In this document: one piece after another, positions 1 to 12,065 of the stretch
How the letters are laid out: each line of letters begins with the position of its first letter
Position numbering within the stretch: position 1 is the first letter of the stretch
NCBI GenBank assembly: GCA_038222225.1
Contig: JBBRHV010000005.1
Span: forward strand, 1,824 to 65,823
Source of the DNA: Candidatus Omnitrophota bacterium
GTDB taxonomy: Bacteria > Omnitrophota > Gorgyraeia > Zapsychrales > JANLHA01
Direction: 5' to 3'
Length of the DNA: 64,000 nucleotides
The notes under the pieces: model-generated
Database searches by the model: none
Seen by the model: the letters and a program-made list of their open reading frames with translations, nothing else
Told to the model about the DNA's origin: nothing
Program-made: the position numbers and the translations under genes

Positions 1-1412
1 GCCTTAATCATATCATCAACCATTTTTTCAGAACCTAGGATCTCCCGATAGTGATGAATATCTGCCTGCAGAGCCTTATATTCTTCATCGATCTTTGAGC
101 GCTCAAGAGCCGTTAAGCGCTGAAGCTGCATTTCCAAAATCGCCTGCGCCTGCATGTCCGAAAGCTTGAATTTTTTCATCAAGCTCACTTTCGCTTCCGG
201 CGTCGTTTTTGCCTTACGGATCGTTAGAATAATCTCATCAATGGCATCGATGGCGATCTTTAAACCCTCTAAAATATGGGCGCGTTTCAAAGCCCGGTCC
301 AGCTCAAAGTGCGTCCTTCGTCGAATTACTTCTCGGCGGTGAACGACATATTCAACCATCAGCTGACGCAAATTCAAAACTTTGGGGGTATTGTGAACCA
401 GCGCCAAATTGATAATCCCGAAGGTCGTTTCAAGCTGCGTATGTTTATACAGATAATTCAAAATGATTTGCGGCTCAACGTCACGCCTTAATTCGATCAC
501 AATCCGTATGCCGTCTTTATCCGACTCATCCCTGATATCCGTAATTCCATCGACCGCTTTATTCTGAACCAGATCGACAATATTGGTAATCAGGTTTGTT
601 TTGTTGACCTGATAAGGAATTTCCGTAATAACAATGGTGTCTTTATTCCCCTTCTGCCGCTCAATAACCGCCTTTGCCCTCAATGTTACTTTTCCCCGAC
701 CGGTTAAATACGCCGATTTAATCCCGTCGCGGCCGCAGATAATGCCAGCGGTTGGAAAATCCGGCCCTTTAACAAACCTCATCAAATCTTTAACGGCCGC
801 CTCTGGATTGTCCAGAAGATAGGCAATCCCGTCGCACACCTCATGCAGGTTGTGCGGCGCCATGTTCGTCGCCATCCCGACGGCAATTCCGCTTGAGCCG
901 TTCACCAGCAGGTTCGGGAGAACCGCCGGCAAAACCTGGGGCTCTTTTAATGTCGAGTCAAAGTTCGGGTCGTAATCAACGGTGTTTTTTTCAATGTCAG
1001 ACAGCATCTGCGATGAAACAGCGGCCAGCCTTGCCTCGGTATAACGCATCGCAGCGGCTGAATCCCCGTCGATCGAACCGAAGTTTCCCTGTCCGTCAAT
1101 CAGGGGATACCGCAGAGAGAAATCCTGCACCATGCGAACCATCGTGTCATAAACGGCCGTGTCCCCGTGAGGATGGTATTTACCCAAAACTTCACCGACA
1201 ATACGCGCGCTTTTTTTATACGACTTGTTAAAATCCAGGTTCAGGTCGTTCATCGCGTATAAAATCCGGCGGTGCACCGGCTTGAGGCCGTCTCTCACAT
1301 CCGGCAAAGCGCGCCCGACGATAACGCTCATGGAATACGCCATATACGAGCGCTTCATTTCTTCTTCCACAAAAACCGGCACCACTTTTTCTTTGATCGC
1401 TAAACTGTTCAT
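1..1412 (-). CDS. gyrA: DNA gyrase subunit A (partial, runs off the left edge)
   Basis: Manual minus-strand translation from ATG at 1412: [54 protein letters not shown]...YHPHGD...[11 protein letters not shown]. Directly follows gyrB. Absent from the ORF track because there is no stop in the window. Confidence 0.97.
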   Translation of the reverse strand, partial: MNSLAIKEKVVPVFVEEEMKRSYMAYSMSVIVGRALPDVRDGLKPVHRRILYAMNDLNLDFNKSYKKSARIVGEVLGKYHPHGDTAVYDTMVRMVQDFSLRYPLIDGQGNFGSIDGDSAAAMRYTEARLAAVSSQMLSDIEKNTVDYDPNFDSTLKEPQVLPAVLPNLLVNGSSGIAVGMATNMAPHNLHEVCDGIAYLLDNPEAAVKDLMRFVKGPDFPTAGIICGRDGIKSAYLTGRGKVTLRAKAVIERQKGNKDTIVITEIPYQVNKTNLITNIVDLVQNKAVDGITDIRDESDKDGIRIVIELRRDVEPQIILNYLYKHTQLETTFGIINLALVHNTPKVLNLRQLMVEYVVHRREVIRRRTHFELDRALKRAHILEGLKIAIDAIDEIILTIRKAKTTPEAKVSLMKKFKLSDMQAQAILEMQLQRLTALERSKIDEEYKALQADIHHYREILGSEKMVDDMIK

Positions 1413-1442
1413 CTACTTATAAGCCTTTCTTTAAAAGCGCTT

Positions 1443-4147
<2,705 letters not shown>

Positions 4148-4151
4148 AATT

Positions 4152-5240
4152 TTAAATCCGCATCGGAAGAGCTAAATACAAATAATCGTTTGTCCGAATC
4201 ACCCCGGCCTTGTCTGGGCCCATCAACTCTAAATTTATATCCTCTTGTTCGATGTTTTTCAAGACATCAATTAAAAATTGTGGGTTAAAGCCCACCACCA
4301 ACTCTTTTCCGCTGTATTCGATCCCGACTTCCTCCCGGGACTCCCCAACATTCGGAGTGGATTTTGAAACAACCAGCTTGTTTGAAAAAACCTCGCATTT
4401 GATGGCCTGAAAATCCGGAGTTGCCAGCAAATTCGCCCTTCGGATAGCGCTTAACAATTTCTGCGTGTTAACCTTTATTTTTTGCGGCGCCGGTTCTGGG
4501 ATGACCTGGTTGTAGTTTGGGAACTCTCCTTCTATGATCCGAGTCGCAATCAAAACGCCCTCAATATCAAACAAAACCTGATTTACTCCGCAAACAATAG
4601 ACACGGTCCCTTCTTCGGACAAATTTCTGTGAATTTCCTGAATTGCCTTAATAGGAATAATAACAGAAATGTTCTCTTTTGAAGGAACCTGCAGCTGCTT
4701 TTCGTTTTTCGCCAAGCGCCTGCCGTCTGTGGCGACCATACAGACCTTATTTTCTTTAATATCCATTAAAATTCCGTTTAAAACATAGCGGGACTCTTCA
4801 TGCGATACCGCAAAAGAGGTCATGCGGATCATTTCTTTCAGATCTTTTTGGTTTATGACGATAGCTTCTTTATTTTTAAAATCCGGAAATTTAGGAAATT
4901 CTTCTTTCGGCAACCCAATCAGCTTAAAACGGCATTTCTGCCCTTCTATATCAATCTGGTGGTTTTTCTTCGCATTTATCACGATTTCCCCAGAAGGCAA
5001 TTCTTTGGCTATATCGCTAAATCTTTTAGCTGGAATTGTTATCGCACCTTCTTCAATAGTTTCCACAGGTAATTCACAGGAGATGCCTATATCTAAATCT
5101 GTTGTATTTAAACGAAGAACGTTCCGTTTTGTTTCTATCAACATGTTGGATAAAATTGGAAGCGTGGCCTTGGAAGAGACTACATTTTGTACAATTTGAA
5201 TTCCCTGAATTAATGTATCTTTGTCAATTTTCACCTTCAT
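4152..5240 (-). CDS. dnaN: DNA polymerase III beta sliding clamp
   Basis: LPILSN, TTDLDIGI, SRYVLNG, VATDGRRLA, GEFPNY and C-terminal LPMRI motifs; 362 aa; downstream of dnaA. Confidence 0.98.
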   Translation of the reverse strand: MKVKIDKDTLIQGIQIVQNVVSSKATLPILSNMLIETKRNVLRLNTTDLDIGISCELPVETIEEGAITIPAKRFSDIAKELPSGEIVINAKKNHQIDIEGQKCRFKLIGLPKEEFPKFPDFKNKEAIVINQKDLKEMIRMTSFAVSHEESRYVLNGILMDIKENKVCMVATDGRRLAKNEKQLQVPSKENISVIIPIKAIQEIHRNLSEEGTVSIVCGVNQVLFDIEGVLIATRIIEGEFPNYNQVIPEPAPQKIKVNTQKLLSAIRRANLLATPDFQAIKCEVFSNKLVVSKSTPNVGESREEVGIEYSGKELVVGFNPQFLIDVLKNIEQEDINLELMGPDKAGVIRTNDYLYLALPMRI

Positions 5241-5289
5241 ACATCACCTTTTCTTGTTTTGAACAGGGGGTTTAACGTGTTATTTAGTA

Positions 5290-5323
5290 ATGTCATATTA
5301 GTCGTAATAGGGCCTGTGTATAA
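5290..5323. promoter_or_regulatory. oriC basal unwinding module: DnaA box + GGCC + DnaA-trios
   Basis: TGTGTATAA at 5315-5323 (= TTATACACA DnaA box), preceded by GGCC (5311-5314) and triplets TAT TAG TCG TAA TAG (5296-5310), in the AT-rich dnaA-dnaN spacer. Same layout as the B. subtilis unwinding region. Confidence 0.8.
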
Positions 5324-5403
5324 CTATACAAAAATAAAAACCATTGAAAATAAACAACTTATATTAAATATGCTTGTTTACAAGTGGTGTGTTTCCCGTG
5401 TGG

Positions 5404-6744
5404 TTACTGTTTAATAAATGTGATTATCCGATCAATCTGTTTTTTAAGATCGCCATTTTCATCAAGAGCCTTTTCGATCTTGCGGAAAGCATGAAGAATG
5501 GTTGTATGGTCTTTTCCTCCAAAAAGCCCGCCGATTTCCGGAAGCGATAAATTAGTCATTTTTCTTGATAAATACATGGAAATTTGTCTAGGAAGAATGA
5601 TGTTTTTGTTTCTCTTTTTAGATTTAAGCTCGCTTAAGGGAAGATCAAAAAACCGGGCCACTTCTTTTTGAATAGTATCTACGCTAACGATCTTGGATGT
5701 TTCGTGCACCATGTCTTTTAAAACGGTTTTGGCGGTTTCCAGGCTCACAGGGCGCTCCTCTAATAAAGAATAGGCGACAACACGGATCAGAGCCCCCTCC
5801 AGTTCACGGATATTTGTTTTGATTTGTTCCGCAATAAAAAAAATCACGTCTTCCGGGACTTTAACCGGCTCTCGTTCCAGTTTTTTTCTTAGAATCGCAA
5901 CGCGTGTTTCAAAATCCGGCGGATGAATGTCTGCAATTAAACCCCAAGCGAAACGGGAAACTAGGCGCTCTTCCAGATTGGCAATCTCTTTTGGCGGCCG
6001 GTCTGAGGAAATGACGATTTGCTTGTGGCTATTATGAAGAGTGTTAAAGGTGTGAAAAAATTCTTCCTGGGTGGCTTCTTTCCCGGCTATGAAATGGATA
6101 TCGTCGATTAAAATAACATCAATGTTCCGGTATTTTTGGCGGAACTGCGTCGTGGATCTGTTTTTGATGGAGTCGATCAATTCATTGGTGAAATATTCAG
6201 AAGACAGATAAACGCATTTTTTTTCAGGAAACCTTTTTTTAATTTCATGAGCCACAGACTGCATCAGATGAGTTTTTCCTAATCCGACCTGACTATAAAG
6301 GAAAAGCGGGTTATATGATTTCGCCGGAGATTCGGCGACGGCCTTACAGGCCGCAAAAGCAAAGCGGTTAGATGGGCCGATCACAAAATTGTCGAAAGAA
6401 AAACGCGACGCCAGACTCAGAGACGGACGCGGTTCGCTGTCTCTTCCCTCTTGCTGGTACGGTGAAGGGCTTTCTGCGGCGGGTATTTTGGGTGCTTCTT
6501 TGGACAGCGAAGCGTTCACGGTTACGATGACGGACATCGGGCTTTCGGAATGCGAACTTAAAATTTGGCGGATCGTTGAAAGATAGTGATCTTCGAGCCA
6601 GGTTTTGAAAAAATCGTCTGGGGTTTCTAAGACTAGAACGTTCTCTTCTTCTCGTATGTGGATAGACGAGAACCAGGACTCATAGGAAGATGTTCCGATT
6701 TCATTTTTTATTTCATCTTGAATTGTTAGCCAAGTTGCAGACAT
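5404..6744 (-). CDS. dnaA: Chromosomal replication initiator DnaA
   Basis: FDNFVIG, YNPLFLY..VGLGKTHL Walker A, LIDDIHF Walker B, QEEFFHTFN, NIRELEGAL, GGKDHTT domain IV. Confidence 0.99.
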   Translation of the reverse strand: MSATWLTIQDEIKNEIGTSSYESWFSSIHIREEENVLVLETPDDFFKTWLEDHYLSTIRQILSSHSESPMSVIVTVNASLSKEAPKIPAAESPSPYQQEGRDSEPRPSLSLASRFSFDNFVIGPSNRFAFAACKAVAESPAKSYNPLFLYSQVGLGKTHLMQSVAHEIKKRFPEKKCVYLSSEYFTNELIDSIKNRSTTQFRQKYRNIDVILIDDIHFIAGKEATQEEFFHTFNTLHNSHKQIVISSDRPPKEIANLEERLVSRFAWGLIADIHPPDFETRVAILRKKLEREPVKVPEDVIFFIAEQIKTNIRELEGALIRVVAYSLLEERPVSLETAKTVLKDMVHETSKIVSVDTIQKEVARFFDLPLSELKSKKRNKNIILPRQISMYLSRKMTNLSLPEIGGLFGGKDHTTILHAFRKIEKALDENGDLKKQIDRIITFIKQ

Positions 6745-6759
6745 GTATGTCCGTATGGT

Positions 6760-6910
6760 TGTGGATGAGTTCCCTTTTCATAAAGTAATTCACAAAATGT
6801 GTAATTTATAACTCTATGGAAAAAGGAACGTTAGGTCCGGTTGAAATTTTTAGTGCACAGGTTTTCCACAGCTGTGAATTTCTTTTTCGGTTTCTTTTTG
6901 CTGTGGAAAA
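6760..6910. promoter_or_regulatory. DnaA-box cluster (oriC part upstream of dnaA)
   Basis: One-mismatch boxes TGTGGATGA 6760-6768, TTTTCCACA 6862-6870 and TGTGGAAAA 6902-6910; weaker TAGTGCACA 6851-6859 and TGTGAATTT 6873-6881. Gene orientation switches here. Confidence 0.75.
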
Positions 6911-7039
6911 GTGAAATCATTATAGCAAACTCTTTAGTGATTGCAACTGTAAATCTTCTTTGAGGAAAACAATGAAAAATAAAGCTTAGCTAACTTGTTA
7001 CAAATCAAGGGTTTTTCACTCTTTGCGGCATTAAACATC

Positions 7040-7067
7040 TTGACTGTAAAAAAGACTATGCTATAAT
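7040..7067 (+). promoter_or_regulatory. sigma70-type promoter of rpmH
   Basis: TTGACT (7040-7045), 16-nt spacer, TATAAT (7062-7067) with extended -10 TGn. Confidence 0.7.
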
Positions 7068-7076
7068 TTACAAATT

Positions 7077-7214
7077 ATGAAAAAGCATCTTAAAACACCA
7101 ACATTGATTAAAGGCAAGCGGACGCACGGGTTTCGAGCGCGCATGGCAACGGAAGACGGCAGGGACGTGTTAAGCCGCCGGAGAGCTAAAGGCCGTGCCA
7201 AGCTTTCTAAATAA
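7077..7214 (+). CDS. rpmH: 50S ribosomal protein L34
   Basis: Manual translation [45 protein letters not shown] (45 aa); HGFRARM..GR..L.RRR.KGR signature; divergent from dnaA. Confidence 0.95.
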   Translation: MKKHLKTPTLIKGKRTHGFRARMATEDGRDVLSRRRAKGRAKLSK

Positions 7215-7458
7215 ACACAATTTATCGACGAGCTTTACGTTCATTCTGAAAAGCCTCGTCTGTTTTTTTATTCAGTCCTATCAGAAGATAAGTCATTTGT
7301 GTTTACCGCGAGCTTGTCGGTTTTATCCCACATGTTCTTCGTATGCCTTGGAGGCCGTAGAGCGCTTCGGACTATTTAAGGGAGGATGGAAGGCCGCCAC
7401 GAGGGTTGTGCGGTGCAATCCTTTTTTAAAAGGGGGATACGATCCGGTAGAGGATTAA
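7195..7458 (+). CDS. yidD: Membrane protein insertion efficiency factor YidD (start codon uncertain)
   Basis: [19 protein letters not shown]...[14 protein letters not shown] signature; upstream of yidC. Confidence 0.92.
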   Translation: MPSFLNKHNLSTSFTFILKSLVCFFIQSYQKISHLCLPRACRFYPTCSSYALEAVERFGLFKGGWKAATRVVRCNPFLKGGYDPVED

Positions 7459-7463
7459 CTATT

Positions 7464-9101
7464 ATGGAAAAACGATTTGCGTTAGCGTTGGGGTTGTCTT
7501 TTTTGTTTTTCGTTGTTTGGGGGAGGATTTTCCCGGCAGTAAACTCACCAGTAAGCCTACAACAAACAAAAACCATTGAAAACAAAGAAGTTGCATCGTT
7601 TTCAGTCGGATCCGCAGAGCCGGCTCCTCAATCGCCCATTCAGGCGGCAGAGAGCAGTAAAAATATTCCAGAAGAAGTCTTGACTATTGAGAATGACAAG
7701 ATTCGGGTGTTTATCAGCAATCTTGGCGCCCGAATTGTAAAAGTCGAATTTAAGGAGTATGCTGGGGAAGAGTTTTTTGTTAATTCGGGAGCCGTTCTGG
7801 AATACAGAACAAAAACATATGCGATTGCAAGCAAGGATGGACAAAAAATCAGTCTGATTGGACGTTTTGAAGGTGTAAGCGTTGCTACAAGCTATGAACT
7901 ATCAGAAAACGAATATACTATTTTTGATAAAACAAGAATTTTAAATGAAACAAATGAGGCAAAAGTTGTTAATGCGGAAATTGAGCATGTTTACCTTGAC
8001 GGAGAGTGGCTGAAGGAAACGGTTGATGCTACAACTGGAGAAAAGAAGGACATTGGGCGAGACAAAAACCTTTTAGAATATTCTATCTATAGTAATGGCA
8101 ACGTTTTACGTAAAACAGGGGCCTTCGAATTCAAGGAAAAGGAAAAAAAGCAAGAGTTTTTAAGCGCCGAGTGGTTTGGCTATCGAAACAGATATTTTTG
8201 CTTTATTTCCCGCCCAGATTATACTAATGAAGGGTTCGTTGTAAATCCTATTGATAAGAATCAGCTTTCGCTTTTTGCCATATCTAAGGAAGTCGCCTTG
8301 AATAGGGGAGAGGCGGTTGAGCGTAATAGTTTTATTTATGTAGGGCCACAAAAAGCGTCGGATTTGTCAAAATATAGTGGAAATCTTGAGAAAATCCAGG
8401 TGTATTTTCGTTTTGAATTTTTGGATGCTATTGCAAAAATCATACAGGATGCCATTATATTTTTTCATAAGGGGATACCCAATTGGGGCGTTTGTATTAT
8501 CTTGGTGAGCATTTTGATCTATGGTTTGATGTATCCGCTGACATTCAAAAGCCTGCTTTCTATGAAAAAAATGCAGTCTTTGCAGCCAAAAATTCAAACT
8601 ATTCGGGAAAAGCACGAAGAGAATCCTCAGAAGCTTAATCAGGAAATCATGAAGCTTTATGCAGAGCACAAGATTAACCCTCTTGGAGGTTGTTTGCCTA
8701 TTTTTTTACAGATGCCGATTTTTATTGGGCTTTATCAGGTTTTGTGGCGATCGGTTTGGTTTAAGGGGGCGGGGTTTTTGTGGATTAAAGACCTGTCTGA
8801 GCCGGATCGCTTGATGCTTTTTAGTAAGCATTTCCCGGTTGTTGGAAATGAGCTTAATATTTTACCGTTGGTTATGATGGTTTTGATGTTTGTTCAGCAG
8901 AAAATGTCGACGAGAAGCATGGCAACGACCGACCCGAATCAGCTTGCTCAGCAGAAAATGATGACAACGATTTTTCCCTTGTTTTTAGGGTTTATCTTTT
9001 ATAAACTAGCTAGTGGATTGTCTCTGTATTTCACCATGTTTTATATGATGTCAATTGTCTCACAGATGTTAGTAGCTAAGCACATGAACAAGGATGCGTG
9101 A
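7464..9101 (+). CDS. yidC: Membrane protein insertase YidC
   Basis: N-terminal TM (MEKRFALALGLSFLFF), large periplasmic domain, NWGVCII, NPLGGCLP..LQMPIF, FLWIKDLSEPD. Start moved to ATG 7464. Confidence 0.96.
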   Translation: MEKRFALALGLSFLFFVVWGRIFPAVNSPVSLQQTKTIENKEVASFSVGSAEPAPQSPIQAAESSKNIPEEVLTIENDKIRVFISNLGARIVKVEFKEYAGEEFFVNSGAVLEYRTKTYAIASKDGQKISLIGRFEGVSVATSYELSENEYTIFDKTRILNETNEAKVVNAEIEHVYLDGEWLKETVDATTGEKKDIGRDKNLLEYSIYSNGNVLRKTGAFEFKEKEKKQEFLSAEWFGYRNRYFCFISRPDYTNEGFVVNPIDKNQLSLFAISKEVALNRGEAVERNSFIYVGPQKASDLSKYSGNLEKIQVYFRFEFLDAIAKIIQDAIIFFHKGIPNWGVCIILVSILIYGLMYPLTFKSLLSMKKMQSLQPKIQTIREKHEENPQKLNQEIMKLYAEHKINPLGGCLPIFLQMPIFIGLYQVLWRSVWFKGAGFLWIKDLSEPDRLMLFSKHFPVVGNELNILPLVMMVLMFVQQKMSTRSMATTDPNQLAQQKMMTTIFPLFLGFIFYKLASGLSLYFTMFYMMSIVSQMLVAKHMNKDA

Positions 9102-9295
9102 TTGCAGTGGAAAAGAACCTTCGAAAAAAATGGCTCTTTGAGGGAAACACCGTGGAAGAGGCAATTCAAAAAGGTCTCAAGGAAACGGGGTTTTCTAAAG
9201 AAGACGTAGATATTAAAGTTGTTAATGAAGAACAAAAGGGCCTGTTCGGGATGGAAGGGGCGAATCCTGCAAAGATTATTATCGTAAAGAAGTAA
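9098..9295 (+). CDS. Jag N-terminal domain-only protein
   Basis: EGNTVEEAIQKGLKE...DIKVVNEEQKGLFG...AKI matches Jag_N; 65 aa with no KH or R3H domain; canonical position after yidC. Confidence 0.8.
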   Translation: MIAVEKNLRKKWLFEGNTVEEAIQKGLKETGFSKEDVDIKVVNEEQKGLFGMEGANPAKIIIVKK

Positions 9296-9328
9296 AACTT
9301 TAAAAAGAGCTTTTGTTTTTAGAATAGA

Positions 9329-9344
9329 CGTTTCACGTGAAACG
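9329..9344. promoter_or_regulatory. parS site 1
   Basis: Perfect palindrome CGTTTCACGTGAAACG matching the parS consensus; upstream of parA. Confidence 0.92.
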
Positions 9345-9404
9345 TTTTTCTTTTTTACAGACACTTTGGACATTTTAGATTGGACAAATTAATGTCCAAT
9401 CTGT

Positions 9405-9420
9405 TGTTTCACGTGGAACA
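9405..9420. promoter_or_regulatory. parS site 2
   Basis: TGTTTCACGTGGAACA, a standard parS variant. Confidence 0.92.
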
Positions 9421-9449
9421 TTAAGAGAAACATATTCAAGGGGGTTTTT

Positions 9450-10301
9450 ATGGCCAAAATTATTTCTGTCTGTAATCAGAAGGGAGGCACAGGAAAAACC
9501 ACAACAGCAGTAAATTTGTCGTATGCCCTTTCGCAGGCAGGATATCGCATACTTCTGGTTGATACAGACCCACAGGGAAACGCGACAAGCGGGGTTGGTG
9601 TTAATAAAAATGTTTTAGAAAAATCTGTCTATGATATTTTACTGAACAAGGCGCCGATTGAAGAAGCTTGTATTAAGAATGTTTTTAAAAACCTAGATTT
9701 GATTCCATGTAATATTGATCTTACCGGCGCAGAAATCGAGCTTGTCGGAGCTCTTTCGCGTGAGACGCGCTTGAAAAAGGCGCTTAAGGGCGTTTCGGAG
9801 CAGTATGATTTTATATTTATAGACTCTCCGCCGTCTTTGGGGTTATTAACACTAAATTCTCTGGTTGCCAGCAACTCTATTATTGTTCCAATACAGTGCG
9901 AGTTTTATGCTTTAGAGGGGGTTTCTCAGCTTTTGAACACCTTAAATCTTATTAAGGATGGTTTAAATCCGGGGCTTTTTATTGAAGGCGTTTTGCTCAC
10001 CATGGCAGATTATCGAACAAATTTGACAAACGAAGTGATTAATGAAATTAAAAGCTTTTTTAAGGATAAGGTGTATGGCTCGATCATACCGCGCAATATT
10101 AAGCTGAGCGAAGCGCCGAGTTTCGGGAAGCCCATTATGCTGTATCACGGGGCATCTATCGGGGCAAAAAAATATTTAGAGCTTGCCCAGGAACTTCTTA
10201 ATAGAAACGGAATAGACCGTAACATATTGGAAACAAAGAACTTACAAGAATCCGATCCGATGGAAGACCACATAGAAGACTCCATGGAAACTGTGGAATA
10301 A
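9450..10301 (+). CDS. parA: Chromosome partitioning ATPase ParA/Soj
   Basis: NQKGGTGKTT deviant Walker A, DTDPQGNAT, IDSPPSLG, QCEFYALEG, IPRNIKLSEAPSFG. Confidence 0.97.
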   Translation: MAKIISVCNQKGGTGKTTTAVNLSYALSQAGYRILLVDTDPQGNATSGVGVNKNVLEKSVYDILLNKAPIEEACIKNVFKNLDLIPCNIDLTGAEIELVGALSRETRLKKALKGVSEQYDFIFIDSPPSLGLLTLNSLVASNSIIVPIQCEFYALEGVSQLLNTLNLIKDGLNPGLFIEGVLLTMADYRTNLTNEVINEIKSFFKDKVYGSIIPRNIKLSEAPSFGKPIMLYHGASIGAKKYLELAQELLNRNGIDRNILETKNLQESDPMEDHIEDSMETVE

Positions 10302-10325
10302 TTTCGGGATAAAGGAGCCGGTATT

Positions 10326-11186
10326 ATGGAAAAGCGGTCTGTTTTGGGAAAAGGGCTATCAGCGCTGATACCAGATCATGTCGAAGGCGCGGAAAGTTCG
10401 ATTTCCTCTCGAGAAATTAAAGCCGTTCCCGTTACAAAGGTTGTGCATAATAGCCTGCAGCCACGTATTGAATATGAGCCTGAAAAATTAGAAGAGCTGA
10501 AAAATTCGATTCGGGAAAAGGGAGTTTTGCAGCCTATTTTAGTGCGGCCGAAAAATGACGGGTATGAAGTTATCGCCGGAGAACGGCGCTTAAGAGCGGC
10601 ACAGGCCTTAGGGCTGGAAGAAATCCCTGTTCTGATTAAGGATGTCAGCGACGAAGAGGCGCTGGTTTTAGCCTTGATCGAAAATATTCAGCGCGAAGAC
10701 CTTAATCCCATTGAAGAGGGAAGGGCCTACAAACGGCTGATGGATGATTTTCATTTGAATCAAGAACAGGTCGCCGATGCCGTGGGCAAGGAGCGCCCGA
10801 CGGTAAGCAATATACTGCGGCTTTTAAAGCTGCCTCAGGCGATTCAGGACGCTGTTGCAAAAAAAATGATCTCGATGGGGCATGCCCGGACGCTTTTAAG
10901 CATTGAAGGCAAGGAAAAACAATATGAGATTTTCTTGCAATTTTTAGAAGGCGGAATCAGCGTACGTCAGGCGGAGCAGATTAGCAAAGCTTCTTTTCCC
11001 GACCAGAAAAAGAAAAAAAAGAAACCGGCGGATAAAGATTATGAGATTGTCCGTTTGGAAGAAGAGCTGCAACAGGCGCTAGGAACGAAGGTTAAAATTG
11101 ACGCGCAGAAAAAACGAGGAAAGATCATCATTGAATATTATTCCTTAGAGGATTTAGACCGAATTTTAGAAAAAATTCGGTCATAA
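10326..11186 (+). CDS. parB: Chromosome partitioning protein ParB/Spo0J
   Basis: LGKGLSALI N-terminal peptide, GVLQPI, AGERRLRA CTPase motif, ENIQREDLNPIEE, HTH. Confidence 0.97.
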   Translation: MEKRSVLGKGLSALIPDHVEGAESSISSREIKAVPVTKVVHNSLQPRIEYEPEKLEELKNSIREKGVLQPILVRPKNDGYEVIAGERRLRAAQALGLEEIPVLIKDVSDEEALVLALIENIQREDLNPIEEGRAYKRLMDDFHLNQEQVADAVGKERPTVSNILRLLKLPQAIQDAVAKKMISMGHARTLLSIEGKEKQYEIFLQFLEGGISVRQAEQISKASFPDQKKKKKKPADKDYEIVRLEEELQQALGTKVKIDAQKKRGKIIIEYYSLEDLDRILEKIRS

Positions 11187-11227
11187 AGTGCGGATAAAAA
11201 AGTTTTAATGTCAATGGAGGAAACACT

Positions 11228-12049
11228 ATGATCAAGGGCATGACAGGGTTTGGTAGCGCCCAGATGGTTGCGGGAAAAATTCGGGGAATGATCGAGATCA
11301 AGAGCGTCAACCACCGCTATTTAGATCTCATGTTTTATTTGCCGATCGGATTTGGTTCGATCGAAGACCGCATTCGTAATCTGGTTGAAAAAAACGCCAA
11401 TCGCGGCCGTGTCACAATTTCAGTGAAGATCACGGATAAGCCGCAGCATAAATTGTCTTTTAATCGCGAAGCGGTGACGCAGTATTTGACTTATGCGCGT
11501 TCTCTGAAGAAGGAATTTCATTTGGAGAACGACTTAACCCTTTCAGATTTGATCAAGCTTCCCGGGGTTGTGGAATCTCAAGAAGTTTTGGTGAATCCGG
11601 AAAAAATTTGGCCGGTTTTTGAAAAAAGTTTAACCCGCGCAATTATGAGCATGGACCGCATGCGCAGGCGGGAGGGGCTGAGTTTAGCGAAGGACACGGG
11701 GAGCGTTTTGAAGCGCATGTTAAAGCGGATCAATGAGATAGGAATCAGAGAAAAGGCAGTTTTGAAACAGAAGAAAAAAGAGCTTTCCAATGAAGAGTTT
11801 TCAAATTTTCAAAAGGGCGTGGATGTCAATGAAGAGATTTCCCGCCTGAAGCATTATATCGAAGAATTTAAAAATCTTTTAAAGTCCACGGTGAGCGTTG
11901 GTAAAAAGCTGGATTTTGTTGCACAGGAAATGCAGCGAGAAACGAATACGATCGGTTCGAAATTTCAGGATAAAATCGTGTCGAATTGCGTGATTTCTTT
12001 GAAAAGCAAAATTGAAAAATTACGGGAGCAAGCGCAGAACATTGAATAA
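11228..12049 (+). CDS. yicC: YicC/YloC family endoribonuclease
   Basis: MIKGMTGFG, EIKSVNHRYLD, DVNEEISRL, GKKLDFVAQEMQRETNTIGSK, EKLREQAQNIE. Confidence 0.93.
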   Translation: MIKGMTGFGSAQMVAGKIRGMIEIKSVNHRYLDLMFYLPIGFGSIEDRIRNLVEKNANRGRVTISVKITDKPQHKLSFNREAVTQYLTYARSLKKEFHLENDLTLSDLIKLPGVVESQEVLVNPEKIWPVFEKSLTRAIMSMDRMRRREGLSLAKDTGSVLKRMLKRINEIGIREKAVLKQKKKELSNEEFSNFQKGVDVNEEISRLKHYIEEFKNLLKSTVSVGKKLDFVAQEMQRETNTIGSKFQDKIVSNCVISLKSKIEKLREQAQNIE

Positions 12050-12065
12050 TGTTTGCTGTGCGGGC

